This document shows, in pieces, positions 1-39,800 of a stretch of DNA of 64,000 nucleotides (positions within the stretch are counted from its first letter, which is position 1; the number at the start of each line of letters is the position of its first letter). The position numbers and the translations under genes are program-made. The notes under the pieces are model-generated. The model was not told the DNA's origin, ran no database searches, and saw only the letters and a list, made by a program, of their open reading frames with translations. Origin of the DNA: Tubulanus polymorphus (lineage: Eukaryota > Animalia > Nemertea); NCBI RefSeq assembly GCF_964204645.1, contig NC_134033.1:15198655-15262654 (forward strand), in the 5' to 3' direction.

Positions 1-1445
1 GTCTTAAATCTTGAGGCTGGTCGTAAGTTGTTAAATTGGTTTAAGATCATCTTAGACTGGTCTTTAATCTAAGCCATGATGACTGGCCCCTGGGTACAGC
101 TATGGCTTAGATTGAAGACTAGTCTAAGACCATCTTGGTTCTATAACCAATCGGACAACTTAAGATCTGTCTTAAGATTTATGACCACTTTTTGGACTTC
201 AGTCTCAACTCTGGTACTGGGTCCATAAATCGTTCGTATATCTTGACATTTGATTGGTCAGTTCCATTATTGTCTCTCAATAAATATGTCCATACCCTCG
301 TCAGAGCAGCAGCAGCAGGAGCGCGAAGCGAGCAGTTTCTGACACGTCCCAATCAGGGAGCTGTTTGTGATGCTGTAACTGTTGTTTATGTGTCGTCTTG
401 TTTCCTGTCCGTGCTTGCGATAAAAGAAGAGATGGATAATATAACAGATATCGAGATAGATAGAAGAATGGCCTTTATACGCTCGGACATCAAGAACAGA
501 TAATACCCACTGTATGCAAATTTGAAATGATAAAAAACGAAATTTACGGTTGGTTCAAAATAAACTTGGTGTTCATCAAGAATTAAAATCAGAATTTAAA
601 AGACATGTACTTCATTACTCATACAGGGTGAAACCACTGACCTGGAAAATCTGAAAAATCTAGAAGAAAATCAATGACAATTTGACAAATTTTACCAAAA
701 ACCTATCAATACGTAATTCAATTAAAAATGAATGAATTGTAACAATTTAAAGCAAGAAATTTCTCAGATTCGTTCAGGGGCAATTTTGGAAATTCTGGTA
801 TTTGTAAATGGCCGGAAAGTGGCAACCTTATCATAAGATCCCAAGTACCTACCTCAGAAGGAATATACTCAAATTTACTCAATTAACTTTCTAAGTTCCT
901 CCTGTATACGATGATCTCTAGAGCCTGAAAATGCCGTGCTTTAATTATGATTTCAATTTTTGATAAATAAATTCTGGTTTCAGTCTTATACATTTGCATA
1001 TAGCCGCTTTTGATCTTATTCGATATTCAGATATCTCGTATCTTCTGTATCTCGGTGTATCACTGAATATCTCGCTCGAGTTTCGATATAACCGATCATG
1101 ATATCTCGATTAATCTCTCCGCTCTTCTGTATATAAAGATCTAGTTGATTAATGAGCGCCCCCTGGTGACCTTTCGTCGAGACAATTCAATTATTCGTAT
1201 TTAATCTTGAAAAATGGCCGCGCTGCAATCTATCAACCGCTAATCTTCCCCGAGATACAGGTCCATTACATCTATTTAAAAAAAGCCGTATATTTGTCTC
1301 GCCAGACGTCGGGGAAGGAAGCGCGAGGCTTTATTTGTCTGGCTGTAATGATATTAGTTTCACTGATGGGTTTCTGATGCAGATAAGAATTTCTCTTATT
1401 GCTAAACAAACAGTTGATTTCTATTCATGATTTTTTATATTTCAG

Positions 1446-27569
<26,124 letters not shown>

Positions 27570-28284
27570 AATCGTTAGAATTTAGTTTGGTTATAGCAAG
27601 CGCTGATCCAACAGTGGACAAGTAGAACAAACACTGTTAAACAGTGACTGTTCTACTTGGAAATGCTGTAGATTGCATCAAACTAATCCAAGAATTTTCG
27701 AAGGCAATACCTTGATTGGTATCTTGTCCTTGTATATGCCTTTTCAAACTTTTTACTGCCTTAATGCCGTATAGCTGTATATGAAATCTTATAAACCTCT
27801 CTTGCATAATTGGTAGGGCGAAGAAAAGGTTTACTACCTTAGAAATCAAACCCATCCATGATTTTTCAAAGGTGACGCCTTAGTTGCAAAGATGCCTCCA
27901 AATATGCCTTTTCAATGATTAAAAATGTCCTTGAAATGTGTCAAATAGGCCTCTGAATTAGTAGTTAATTGATTAAACCAATTTAGAAATGATAAGTTAT
28001 TTTGAATTCCTAGAAACTTAACCGGGTTATTTACCTAGAATTGAAATTATATTAGTTATTTTGGGTTATTTTCCTAGAAACCACTGACGAGTCTGAGCTT
28101 TGATACGGAACTAAAGAACAAACGTGGAATCGACTCCACAGGGAATCTGACTCTCTGAACAACCGTGCAACAGGTTCCAGATATTCATAATCATAAAATA
28201 CTTAACTCAAAATATATTTAAAAAAGAAATAATCAAACTAACAATTAGATTTGAAATAGAATTAATTGTGGCCAGTTTTTCTCT

Positions 28285-28730
28285 GAACTCTTGAGTGGAG
28301 GGTTGATGTACACTTTACTCTTGAGAGGGGAAGGGTAAACTTAACTCTTGAGAGGGGCTTGATGTACACTGGACTCTTGAGAGGGGAAGGGTAAACTTAA
28401 CTCTTGAGAGGGGCTTGATGTACACTGTACTCTTGGGAGGGGAGGTTTAGACTTGACTCTGAGAGGGGGGGTTGATGTACTCTGGACTCTTTAGAGGGGA
28501 GGTTTAGACTTAACTCTTGAGAGGGGCTTGATGTACACTGTACTCTTGGGAGGGGAGGTTTAGACTTGACTCTGAGAGGGGGGGTTTATGTACACTGTAC
28601 TCTTGGGAGGGGAGGTTTAGACTTGACTCTGAGAGGGGGCTTGATGTACACTGTACTCTTGGGAGGGGAGGTTTAGACTTGACTCTGAGAGGGGGGGGGG
28701 GTTGATGTACACTAAACTCTGGGAGGGGAT
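28285..28730 (+). repeat. About 57-bp G-rich minisatellite downstream of the NHE stop
   Basis: Alternating sub-units ACTCTTGAGAGGGGCTTGATGTACACTGT and ACTCTTGGGAGGGGAGGTTTAGACTTG. Confidence 0.85.
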
Positions 28731-31700
28731 GGTGTTACCCAATTACTCGAACTGCTTTTTGTACAAATGCATATAGACATTGTCGAAAATAATCCATTTT
28801 TTACTATTAACTATAACAAAGAATAATATCCTATTGGCTAGTTAAAAACTTTGAGATTTCTTTGAGATTTTTGTACAGAATAGCGAATTTTAAAAAATAT
28901 CATTTATAGATATTTAGATATCGAATGATTAATCATTATTTGTAACTAATAGGAAATATTTCGAATCCAACAACGATAAACAAAATCCAACTCCGGTCAC
29001 TTAAGAATTTGTTTTGACAACTTGTTTAAAGACCAGGGGCCGGTTCCGTAGTCAAGACTTAAGTTCAAAAGTGGTCTTAAATCTTAAGATTTGTCTTAAG
29101 CTGTTAGATTAGCTATAGAACTAAGATAGTCTGAGACTGGTCTGAAGACTGGTCTGGAGACTGGCCCCAGTTCCAAAGTGGAGACTTAAGTCCAAGGATG
29201 TAACCAGTCCCCATCGGCTAATTTCATAGAACAGCTCTATTTGTTATGATAACATGATGCTATTGGAACTTTAATGAAATGGCCTCCTATTTGTTATTAC
29301 GTTGCGGTAGTAATCAACGTAATTCAGCGTACCGTCCATGTGGGTTACTGTGACAACAATCTCACTGTTACTTCTCTATTATCGTCATTACTTCTTCGTC
29401 ATGTGGTTCCAAGTCTCAACTTTGCGTAACGTAAAAAGCTTCTGAATCGATTTAAAATAATCGGAATCGATGAATAAATTAAATCGATTCAGTCTTTTCT
29501 AATGTGACGCTGTTGTAAAAATATTCATCGAATTTTCTCACAAAGTTCAGTGTGAATGAATAAATCACAAAAGACGCTTATAAATGTTGTAAAAGCTATA
29601 AGAATGAAGTCGACCCTTCTCTTACTCAGTACAACAACTAACAACATGCTTCTTGGTGTAGAAATATTCAGTTTCTGGTCTGATGAAATTGCATCGATTT
29701 CCAAAATTCTTACCCCTGAGATATTTGATAAGCTCAATGCTGCGGTATTTACCAAAAGAACCTCCCTAATCAAATATCTGTGCTATCAGTTTGAGACAGA
29801 GTCTACTGTTATGCTCTTGGTAGAATTTTACTGTATTTCATAAACTCTTACTCATTATTTGACACCAACTCCGGGTAGAATTTTACCAATCTCAACTTTA
29901 CTGCAGTAAGAAACCGAGTCTACTGTATTTCACCATGGACGTATAAACTAGTTTAAACTCTAATCTAGTTTATACGTCCATGATTTCACAAACTCTTACT
30001 CGGTATTTGACACCAACTCGGGGTAGAATTTTACCTATCTTCTGAGTAAGACAGAGTCTACTTTGCAGCAAAATTACATATAGCTTTTATTGTTTGCAGT
30101 TTTTGTTTTTCAATCACGATTCAAATGATATATATCATATACATATACATATATACTGTATACTATTTTTATGATTAGATTCAGCGCTATCTATCGTTTT
30201 ATTTTAAGAACTGCTCAACTGATAGTAACTTATTTCTAGAAACATGCATCTATATACAGTAGACAGAATAAAGACTCCGCTCAAGTCCGATCGACCATTG
30301 AACGTTTGTTGAAATGATATTGTGACTGGCAGGTTATGCACCTGATGTTGCAGGGCAAAAAAAAGATAAATAATTAATTTACTAAAAGATAACTAATTGA
30401 TTTATTCTAAACCCTGTTAACACGGCTAATCTACGAATCTTAAACCATAGGCATCCCCAAGGGGGGTGCGGGGGGTAGCGGATGCACCCCCTTTTCGAGA
30501 TCTAGCTAACTTCTCAAGTTACTATGTAAGCAATGTTCAAGATTTTTCTTGCCAATTTGACTAGACTTTTAACTCTAAATGATTCAGTTAGAGCCTGGAA
30601 AAATGTCTCTAGCTAAAGCCTCCAATTTTTTTGGGGAGGCCCACCAAACACCCAACATTGTGGATAGGCCTACTCTACTGGATTGATGCTTATTCGAACC
30701 CCTATGTAAATTCCTGGGGATGTAAACAGAATCGTATTAATGAGGTTCAACTATAAAAGGTCATAGCTCACTTTTATTTGATGTCTAGTTTGATGCAAGT
30801 GAACAATACATTGTATATCATGTAGCTCCGATTATCATTTTCAAAGCAAACAAATTTTCACGGTCCCAAAAGGTCCGACTTGAGCTGAGTCTACTGTGTT
30901 TACCTACGGTTGAGGGATTTTCCAAACCTGCAGGCGAAATGGTCCCTTTACCCACTGCCGTTGACCAGATTAGTTTCCCGGGTATCTATTCTAAGCTATG
31001 CTTCAAATACCACCGTATAACAGTTATGCCTAACATACATGTTTAGCTCTAATGCTGCCAAATTTGTTGGTAATATTTGAAAAACATGTATTTGAAAATA
31101 TTTCCGAATTCATCACCACCTTTGCAAATGTTAGAATCGATCCAGATTAGAAAACTGGCAAAAAACCTGTGGTGTTTTTTAAGCCCAGAACTTTAAAGAA
31201 CTTTTCGATTCATTGAGCATGAATTTGGTCGAAGCAATTTTAGAATGTATTAATATGTAATCTCCCGCGCCCGTGGGTGGACCATGCGGGTCCCCGGGAA
31301 CTTGGAATCCTATACAGTAACCACCGAGTTGAATCGTCTTGTTACCGCTATTTAATGGATAACGATGAATTGTGTAAAAACAAATCTGCTGATACTGAAA
31401 CTGAATTCTTCTGATTGTCTGATTTTACCAGGTGATTGTCTACAGAACCACCTGATCGAATTCCAAAAAATATCAAAACAACGCAAACCCACCGTAAATG
31501 AAAGAAAAAAAAAATATTTATCCGATAATAGAAATATACAACTTCATCGTTATCTTATGTGTATCATTTATATTCTTGTAAAATGAATATATTATTATTA
31601 TCATTAATATTATTATTAATATTATTAATATTATTATTATTATTATTATTATTTACATATAAATATTGTTTACACATACAATGTAAATATATCGTTTCTA

Positions 31701-31828
31701 TTATAAATCAAGAAGAAAGAAAAAAAATGATTCGGCAACAAAATGATTTTTATTCCGTTTGTGTTCGTGTGTTTTTTTTTTCAAATCTAATTCCCTGGGT
31801 TGAGTTTCATAGAATGAGGGGGCAAAAT

Positions 31829-32212
31829 GACTGGTCTTAAGTTGTTAGATTGGTTATAGAACCAAAATTAGTTTAGACTGGTCTAAGTTGTTAGATTGGT
31901 CATGGAACCAAAATGAGCTTAGACTGGTCTAAGTTGTTAGATTGGTCATGGAACCAAAATGAGCTTAGACTGGTCTAAGTTGTTAGATTGGTTATGGAAC
32001 CAAAATGAGCTTAGACTGGTGTAAAGTTGTTAGATTGGCTATAGAACCAAAATGAGCTTAGACTGGTCTTAAGTTGTTAGATTGGTTATGGAACCAAATG
32101 AGCTTAGACTGGTCACAAGGTGTTAGATTGGTTATAGAACCAAATTGTGCTTAGACTGGTCTTAAGGTGTAAGATTGGTTGTAGAACCAAAATTAGCTTA
32201 GACTGGTCTTAG
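31829..32212 (+). repeat. 46/47-bp tandem array (same unit), about 8 copies
   Basis: Same unit as 4390-4670, nested between MITE termini at about 31797 and 32325. Confidence 0.9.
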
Positions 32213-33362
32213 ATTATGGCCATAGTTCCACTTTTGTGATTGATTCAGAGTTGAATCATTGAAAATGAACTGATTTGAACTCACAACTGTAGCAACTCGG
32301 CCCCTGCCTCCTATGAAACCAGGCCCTACTGTTTTTCACTGCTGCTGCGCTGGTGTTATACATAATTATTCCACGTGTTTGTCTCGTTATACTGAATAAG
32401 CTTTGCTAATTGTATTTTCACTGTTGTGTCGCCACGGCTCAATTTGTTCGTCGTTCTCAAAGGAAAAAAAAACAATTTTAACCAAATTTTCCTCTAACTA
32501 TTCAATCTCTCAAGTACAGTTTATTCAGTTGTAGAAACGTGGCTTTTGAGGTTGTGGTGCTTTTTTCGGTGATGTAGCTTTTGACCGACGATTGATTCCT
32601 CAAGTCGCCCCTAAAATTGCTTACCCTTCAACTCCGCTGGATCAAGGCGATGGAAATACCTGCTACTGGTGATATTTACCTGCCCCCAAAGCCTACAATC
32701 AAGTCCCCTGCCTGGTGACTGGTTTAACCCTTAAATTCGAGAGAGGACACAATGTAAATTCTGTATCATTCGGGAAAGGATCCAAATCGCTTAAATGACC
32801 GAGAAATAGAATAGGGATATCCCAATATCAACTGTTACAACTCGTCACCGCTTCATGGGTTCATAGATACCGTGCCAATTCTGACATTGCTTGGGCTTTT
32901 ATATTGCCGGAAGGCTTTTTAAAAGGATCCAAATCGCTTAAATTTAGCGCGTCACTCGATCGGTTCCCATCAAAATACTAATACAATTTACAATACTTTA
33001 GAAATGTAGCGAACTTTACAATACTAATACCAGACCAATTAAAAGAGGTCTTGGTGCTTGACGCAGAGACTTGCTGTCATACAAAACAACAAAAGCTAAT
33101 CCAGGGGAGTTCTGAGACTTGTACAAGTCAACGTGCCCTTTTTAATTTCGTCAACAACACAATCAGGGAATTTACAAGTTTCGAAGTCTGTCATGTAAAT
33201 CACGTATTGTGTTTGACAACCAATACGGCGGAATCATGTATAGAATAGCAGCTACAAAACCTATGTAGATGTGCAGCATTTGAAAGCCAGTCTTACGTCT
33301 GGTCGCTGCATCGACCTCAGGTCACTGAACACACAAAATTCTTAATAGCGTCAGTCACTACA

Positions 33363-33434
33363 GTTCAGTGGTCTAGTGGTTAGCACTCAGGCCGTGAATA
33401 CCAGTCGGCCCGTGTTCGAATCTTGGTGGAGCCA
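33363..33434 (+). mobile_element. tRNA-derived SINE head or tRNA pseudogene
   Basis: A box TGGTCTAGTGG and B box GTTCGAATC, but the stems do not close into a cloverleaf. Similar heads are on the minus strand at about 4185-4259 and 15396-15464. Confidence 0.55.
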
Positions 33435-34916
33435 CGCTAGTTTTCTTTGGATGACCTGCTATTGAGAATGAAATCTTTTGTTTTGCCTGGAAGATGCCTA
33501 TTCAGCGGAATAATTCAATTTTCTAGATAATGAACTGGACTCGATTAAACGTTTCATTTGGCAACGGGTCTCAGCCTGAATTGATATGTCGAAATTAGCA
33601 AACTATAGATCAGTTATCAACCCCTGTCCTTCCCTCTCCACCCTGTAGTAGGCTGTTGCGGGGGCGGCTCTAAGAAAATACAAAGAAGGGATCGAAAAGT
33701 AAAAGAAAGGCACTCGTCGTGTTAGACGTCTTAGAAGATGCAGATTCTGAAAAGATGGGTGTCAAATTCGCAGGTATTTCGCGATTGGTGTCTTTTCAAA
33801 CCTCAATGAGGAGGCAGCTGGGTTCAGACCCCCGACAGATCCCCATAGATCCGCCCCTGCTGGCCAACGATCCAATAGAATAATTTTCGATGGTTAATTG
33901 ATGTTTTTAATTATAGGTACCGGTAAGAACCCTGTAGACAGTGACGTACAGATAACTCGCTTATAGATATTATACTAAAACTCCAAGAGGTATAGAACAA
34001 TCAGTAGAATGAAATGCACGTTTCTATAATTCAATGAGGTTTGGCATCATCAGTTGAGACATCTTAAAACATACCCCCTGCAGGGGCAAGTAACCCCGGG
34101 TTAAAGTAAGCTGGATCCACAGTTCCAAAGTTGTGATTTAACCTTGAAAATGTAACTGAGTTTAACTCTAGTTAAAGTTGAATCAGTTGATACAAGTAAC
34201 TCCAGATTTCAGTTGGCTGGGTCCAATTTTGATCCAACTGTGGAACTGGATCCAGAGTTTGGAATTGTTACGTTGATAATTGCCCCCTTGGGAGCAGAAG
34301 GTAAAGTGATTTTAACTGTAAGATTGGAATGTTTGAATTCTTTAAGAGAAGTTTTTGGAAATCGAAGTTTATCTTTCTATTTCATTATAACTCGGAACTA
34401 TCTTGTTTACAGGAGGAACCGCTGTGGCACCGCTGAATTACGACAATACTGAAATGAATGAAACAAAATTCTCCAATTGTTCAGAACGGCGTCAAAACGA
34501 ACGTACTCCCGATATGTCTAAAATCACCAGGGAAGCCCTTATTTGAAATCAGCGACCATCAGAGAGACAGGGACTCGTTTAAAATCACTCACGACGGCCG
34601 ATCTCCACCCGAAATCAATGGAGATAGGCCTACATCTTCGTTGCAACTGAGCCTGTTAAGGACTACAAGCAACTATACAGAAAGATACAGATACATGGAT
34701 GAAAAAGCGACTAGACGATGATCCCCTGACTGAGGCATCGACCTTATTCAAAGTCAATCCTGAATTGAAACAGATTTATCAAACAGCAGAAATAAATGTA
34801 TGAAAAAAAACTCAGATTGTGTATACACGATATTGTAATTAGATTTTAATGTATAGATGTGCAAGAAAAGCTTGAAAAGCTTAATATGTAATGATATGTA
34901 TAAACACTAGTATATT

Positions 34917-35137
34917 AGGCTAAACAAAAATGATACCTTGTTTCTCCGCAGCGGCCGGGTCATTTTTGTACAATATGATAAAATTTATAAACAGTTCATT
35001 TCTATAGCGGCCGGGTCTGTTATGGTAAAATTGATCACGATTTTAAAAAAAGTAATGTATAGGGTAGATAGGCGGCCGGCCGGGTCAACATTTAAGCTCA
35101 GCAGAGCGGAGAAACAAGGTATCAATTTTTTTAGCCT
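34917..35137. mobile_element. TA-flanked MITE with long TIRs
   Basis: AGGCTAAACAAAAATGATACCTTGTTTCTC...GAGAAACAAGGTATCAATTTTTTTAGCCT. An inverted sister copy is at 54031-54242. Confidence 0.75.
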
Positions 35138-36883
35138 TATCTTAGATATTAAGATGTTTTCCAAAGTAATGAACAGAGTTCTCCAGTTTTCCAAACGAAG
35201 GTCTCGATGCATAGAATCAACAGAAACGTTCTACTTCATTGTTTCATTAGTAGTATGATGTGAACTTACTAATCAATCGTATTTATTTTGCGAAATGTAA
35301 CAAATGTATTAAGGAAGTAAATTCAATATTGATATGCAGCTAATTATAAATAAATTCATATAATTTACGGGATACTAATAACTAATAAGTGCTAATGGTA
35401 AGTGAATAATCCGTTTAACTAGAAACTAATTCTTCTATGTTCACAATACTTTTTGATTTTTTTTTTACATATATACTGCGATAATAAACTCGTTCTATTG
35501 TAATAATTCATGCAAATTAATTTCTAATTTATGCGCATATGATCTGCGGTAAATGACGTGTCATACTAAGTCGAGGATAGCGGTGTCTCGGGTTCGAACC
35601 TAATGATTATTGATTCTGATTCCCAGTGATCCAAGTGCTAAATATAGGATGTCCAGGGGTATCCCGGGTTCGAACTGATCTGAGTGGATCTGAGTTCTAT
35701 CAGACGAGACACAAGAAACTGTTTCAAAGCCAACAATTGAAAGGTAAATAGGGAACGAAACCGGCTTGCAGTAATCCTCGGGGCTACAGCATATCAGGAA
35801 ATGGGACGGGGGGGGGGGGGCTGGACCAGAAACCGAGCAAACAGAGTTTTACGGGAATTAAAGTACATTCGTAGATGCTCATGACTTCAGAGTTGTCGCT
35901 TTACGATAATATACCGGTACGCTCTAATCATCAGTGACAAGACGAAATTTGACAAGAGCTGCGAAGAAAAAACCAACAACGAGAAAAGGGGCTTGGATGA
36001 ACATACAGAGTCTCACGGTAATTCAAGTGCATTTATAGATGTCAACTGAGCCATCTGAGCAAACGGAGAGACCCAATTAGCAAAAAGCCAATGATCAAAG
36101 CCTCTAGGCGATAATAAACATATAAACAGCCTGCGTAGAACCTGATTAAGGACGAATCATATATCTGTATTCATCAGCACTCCAGGCATCCTCCCCCGGC
36201 AGGGATTCGAACCTGATGGCATCGAGATTGCCACGGCACGAAACCCTGCCATAATCGACCGTGTGCGCAGATACATGCGCAGTTCAGATGATGTGATTTT
36301 TAGCCAATCAGAAATCCCGTTTTATTTTCGCCCGGGTTTCCCATTTATAGTTCTTCCTTGAAATTTGCCTCAACGATTATACAACGAGCAATCTGATTGG
36401 TGCCGCCAGTTTTCGTTCGGAAAGCTGCGCATGTACCTGCGCACCCGGTCTACTGATGCAGGGGTTCGTGCCGTGGCTGAGTGTAGCGATGCCATCAGGT
36501 TCGAGTCCCTGCACAGGGAGGATGCACTCCAGGGTATATGCGCAACTGACTGGTTGCCTGGACGAATGGCGGACTGGTTTATTATTCGAAATGGTGATTG
36601 TGGCTACCGTAGAGATGGTGGAGAGGTAGTAGGGGTTTCCTGGGTTCGAACCTGGTCTATTCATAGTGATTCAATGCAGATGCTGAATAGGAAAAGCAGG
36701 TGTCCAGTCCTGTCTATCGATAACGACTCAAACCGAAACCAAAACTAAAATTTGGAGCTTATCATAAAATCTTTTATTCATCTCAATCGATTTGACTTTA
36801 CACTAAATATACACATATAAAACAAAGACTTCTATTTATTTACAGCTTAAAATTCAAATAAACATGTGGCGACCTCTATTGTG

Positions 36884-39800
36884 TTATCCTCTTATACTAT
36901 GCCATACTTTCATTAGTTTTTGTCTGTTGTGCCAAATTAACTCATGACCATACGATACGTACCAGCTGCAGTAAAAAAAAAACAAGCATATTTATATATA
37001 CAGTAAACCTCGACTTACTCAGAGATGGCCAACTAGGACCAAGAGTGGGATTCGTTGAATGGGGTGGACCTGAAAATTGGAATGGGCACATACCGGGTAA
37101 TTCGAAAAGGGCAGATTTGGCAATGCAAGGGGTATATATATATATAAGGCCGATATATTATTCATAGAAAATAGAGGGATTCATAGAAACTTTGCAACAA
37201 ACACAGGCTTTTCTGGCGCTTATCAGGGCTCATTTGGATTTACTTTTAGTCTTTGCAAAAATGTTTCTTTCAGACTTTTTGGAAGGCACATTCGAATTTT
37301 GAATAAATACGCCCTGGCAGAGTTTATACTAACTCTTGACAAAAAACGAGATAATTTTTTCCGACGCATTTTCATACTTTTCACATTTAGAAATCTACCC
37401 GCGTACTTACATTCCAAATAACATTCCTCCCAAATGAGCGGCATGATCCAGTAACCTCCAGCCCAGAAATAATCCAAGCGCGTCGAACGTTAAGAGACCA
37501 ATCATTGCCTGAAATGATATACATGAAATCTTTTGAAGATAACTCACGCAGTCTGGTCTAAATTTCACTCAAAATTTGTCAAATTCCAAGTTTTAAATTT
37601 TCTAGATTTTTCTGAATCCCAGAGTGCACCAGGTTTTCCAGGTCAGTGGCGCCACCCTGTGTAGGAATACGTATTAAACTTACGCTGTGAGCCGAGAACG
37701 AATGAGGTAAAATATCACCGATAAACGCGACACTGAGCTGAGCATCGGGATAATTCATACAAACCGCTCCCAATACTGCCATTATAGCACCCGACTACAA
37801 ACAAACAAAGAGAAAAATATCAACAGATCAGTCAAACAGGTATCGATCTACTGCAAGTACGACCATCTCAGACATTTGACTCTTTTTCTACACTTTACAT
37901 GTGTTCAATGTTTCACCTGAGACATCTTTAATTGAAAATGAACTACAAACATCGAAAATGAACTACAGGCATTAGACTTTTTATAGGCATACTTTCAAAA
38001 ACTGATCGTCCACACTTCACATGTGTTCAGCACTTCACCTGAGACATTTCTTATTGAAAATGAACTACAAACACCGGACATTAGACATTTTATAGGTGAA
38101 CTGATCATTCAGACTTAATATTTCAATGGAAAATGTCCAGATTGTAGAGTCATTGTCTGAGGGGGTGCAAAGCTTCATCAGGCTGCAGATTGATATCAAT
38201 GCACATTTCTGGTAAGGATTTTAGTTTTGATTGAAACTTACAGCACCGAGTGAAGGAACTAAAGAAGGACGGACTGTTTTAGCTAAATAACTCATTAGTG
38301 ATGATACAACACCTGAAAATAGATTTTAGAAATATTCACACTTTTATTACAAAATCTTACACAATATTATGAAATGATCCAATGAAATGGAAATGGTCAT
38401 CATTTATAACAGGGTTCTTACAGATCAGGTCATCTAAAATTCCCTGACTAAATTGTAAGATATCCTCAGCATGTTTCTGTTCTGGGATCGGTTTCTAATC
38501 AAGAGGTTCCTTGTGCCACTCGTCACCAGCAACAACAACATGAAACCAAAAATTCAAATTCTCTGATTAGATTATAAGATATCCTCAGTGAGGGCTTTTT
38601 CTTATCAAGAGGTATCTTGTGTCACTCGTCACCAGCAAAAACAAGACACCAAAAATTCAAACTCCCAGATTTTCAAGAAATCAGTCACAATTTTCCCTGC
38701 ATCCAGTTTAAAAAAAGTTAATTTTTTCTTTCATTTATTCGATCTTAGATATACTCAGATTTCAGTGATTGTTTTAGTTATACTTAATTCTAAGGTTAAA
38801 TCCGGAATTCCCGATTTTGCCGATCTGTAAGAACTTGGATCCAGTTCCACAGTTGTGAGTCAAAAGTTAACTCTGAGTTAGAATTAGTTCATTTTCAATG
38901 CGTTAACTCGAGTCAAATCTTAACTCACAACTGTGGAACTGGGTCCCGGTACTTTACGACCGGCCACTGAATATGTGATACTTACCGCCGGTGAGATAGA
39001 ATCCTAGAAACTGCTCTTTACCGAGATAATGAGTAACTACACTAGAGAACGACCACAGAACGTACATGTTGGCCGCGAGGTGGAAAAATGAATAATGACT
39101 GAACGTAGATAACAACATCGACCAACAACGACTCCCTGAAATATAGTCAAATATAGTGAATTAGGTATAAACTAACTCCCTGAAATTAAGTCAAATATAT
39201 TGAATTAGCTTTAAATTGACTCCCCAAAATTAAGTCAAATATATTGAATTAGGTATAAATTGTTTGAGTCAAATATAGTGAATTAGGTATAAACTAACTC
39301 CCTGAAATTAAGTCAAATATATTGAATTAGCTTTAAATTGACTCCCCAAAATTAAGTCAAATATATTGAATTAGGTATAAATTGTTTGAGTCAAATATAG
39401 TGAATTAGGTATAAACTAACTCCCTGAAATTAAGTCAAATATATTGAATTAACTTTAAATTGACTCCCCAAAATAAAGTCAAATATATTGAATTAGCTCT
39501 AAATTGACTCCCCAAAATTAAGTCAAATATATTGAATTAGGTATAAATTGTTTGAGTCAAATATAGTGAATTAGGTATAAACTAACTCCCTGAAATTAAG
39601 TCAAATATATTGAATTAGCTTTAAATTGACTCCCCAAAATTAAGTCAAATATATTGAATTAGGTATAAATTGTTTGAGTCAAATATAGTGAATTAGGTAT
39701 AAACTAACTCCCTGAAATTAAGTCAAATATATTGAATTAACTTTAAATTGACTCCCCAAAATAAAGTCAAATATATTGAATTAGCTCTAAATTGACTCCC

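Noticed and set aside
192-503. 103-aa ORF as a possible NHE first exon
   Set aside because: Starts inside a MITE, has no NHE similarity, and has no donor in the phase needed to join exon 1446.
33363-33434. Possible tRNA-His gene
   Set aside because: A and B boxes are present but the anticodon and acceptor stems do not pair properly; treated as a SINE head or pseudogene.
34938-35258. ORFs on both strands with a similar ORF at 54034-54222
   Set aside because: The similarity comes from two copies of a non-coding MITE.
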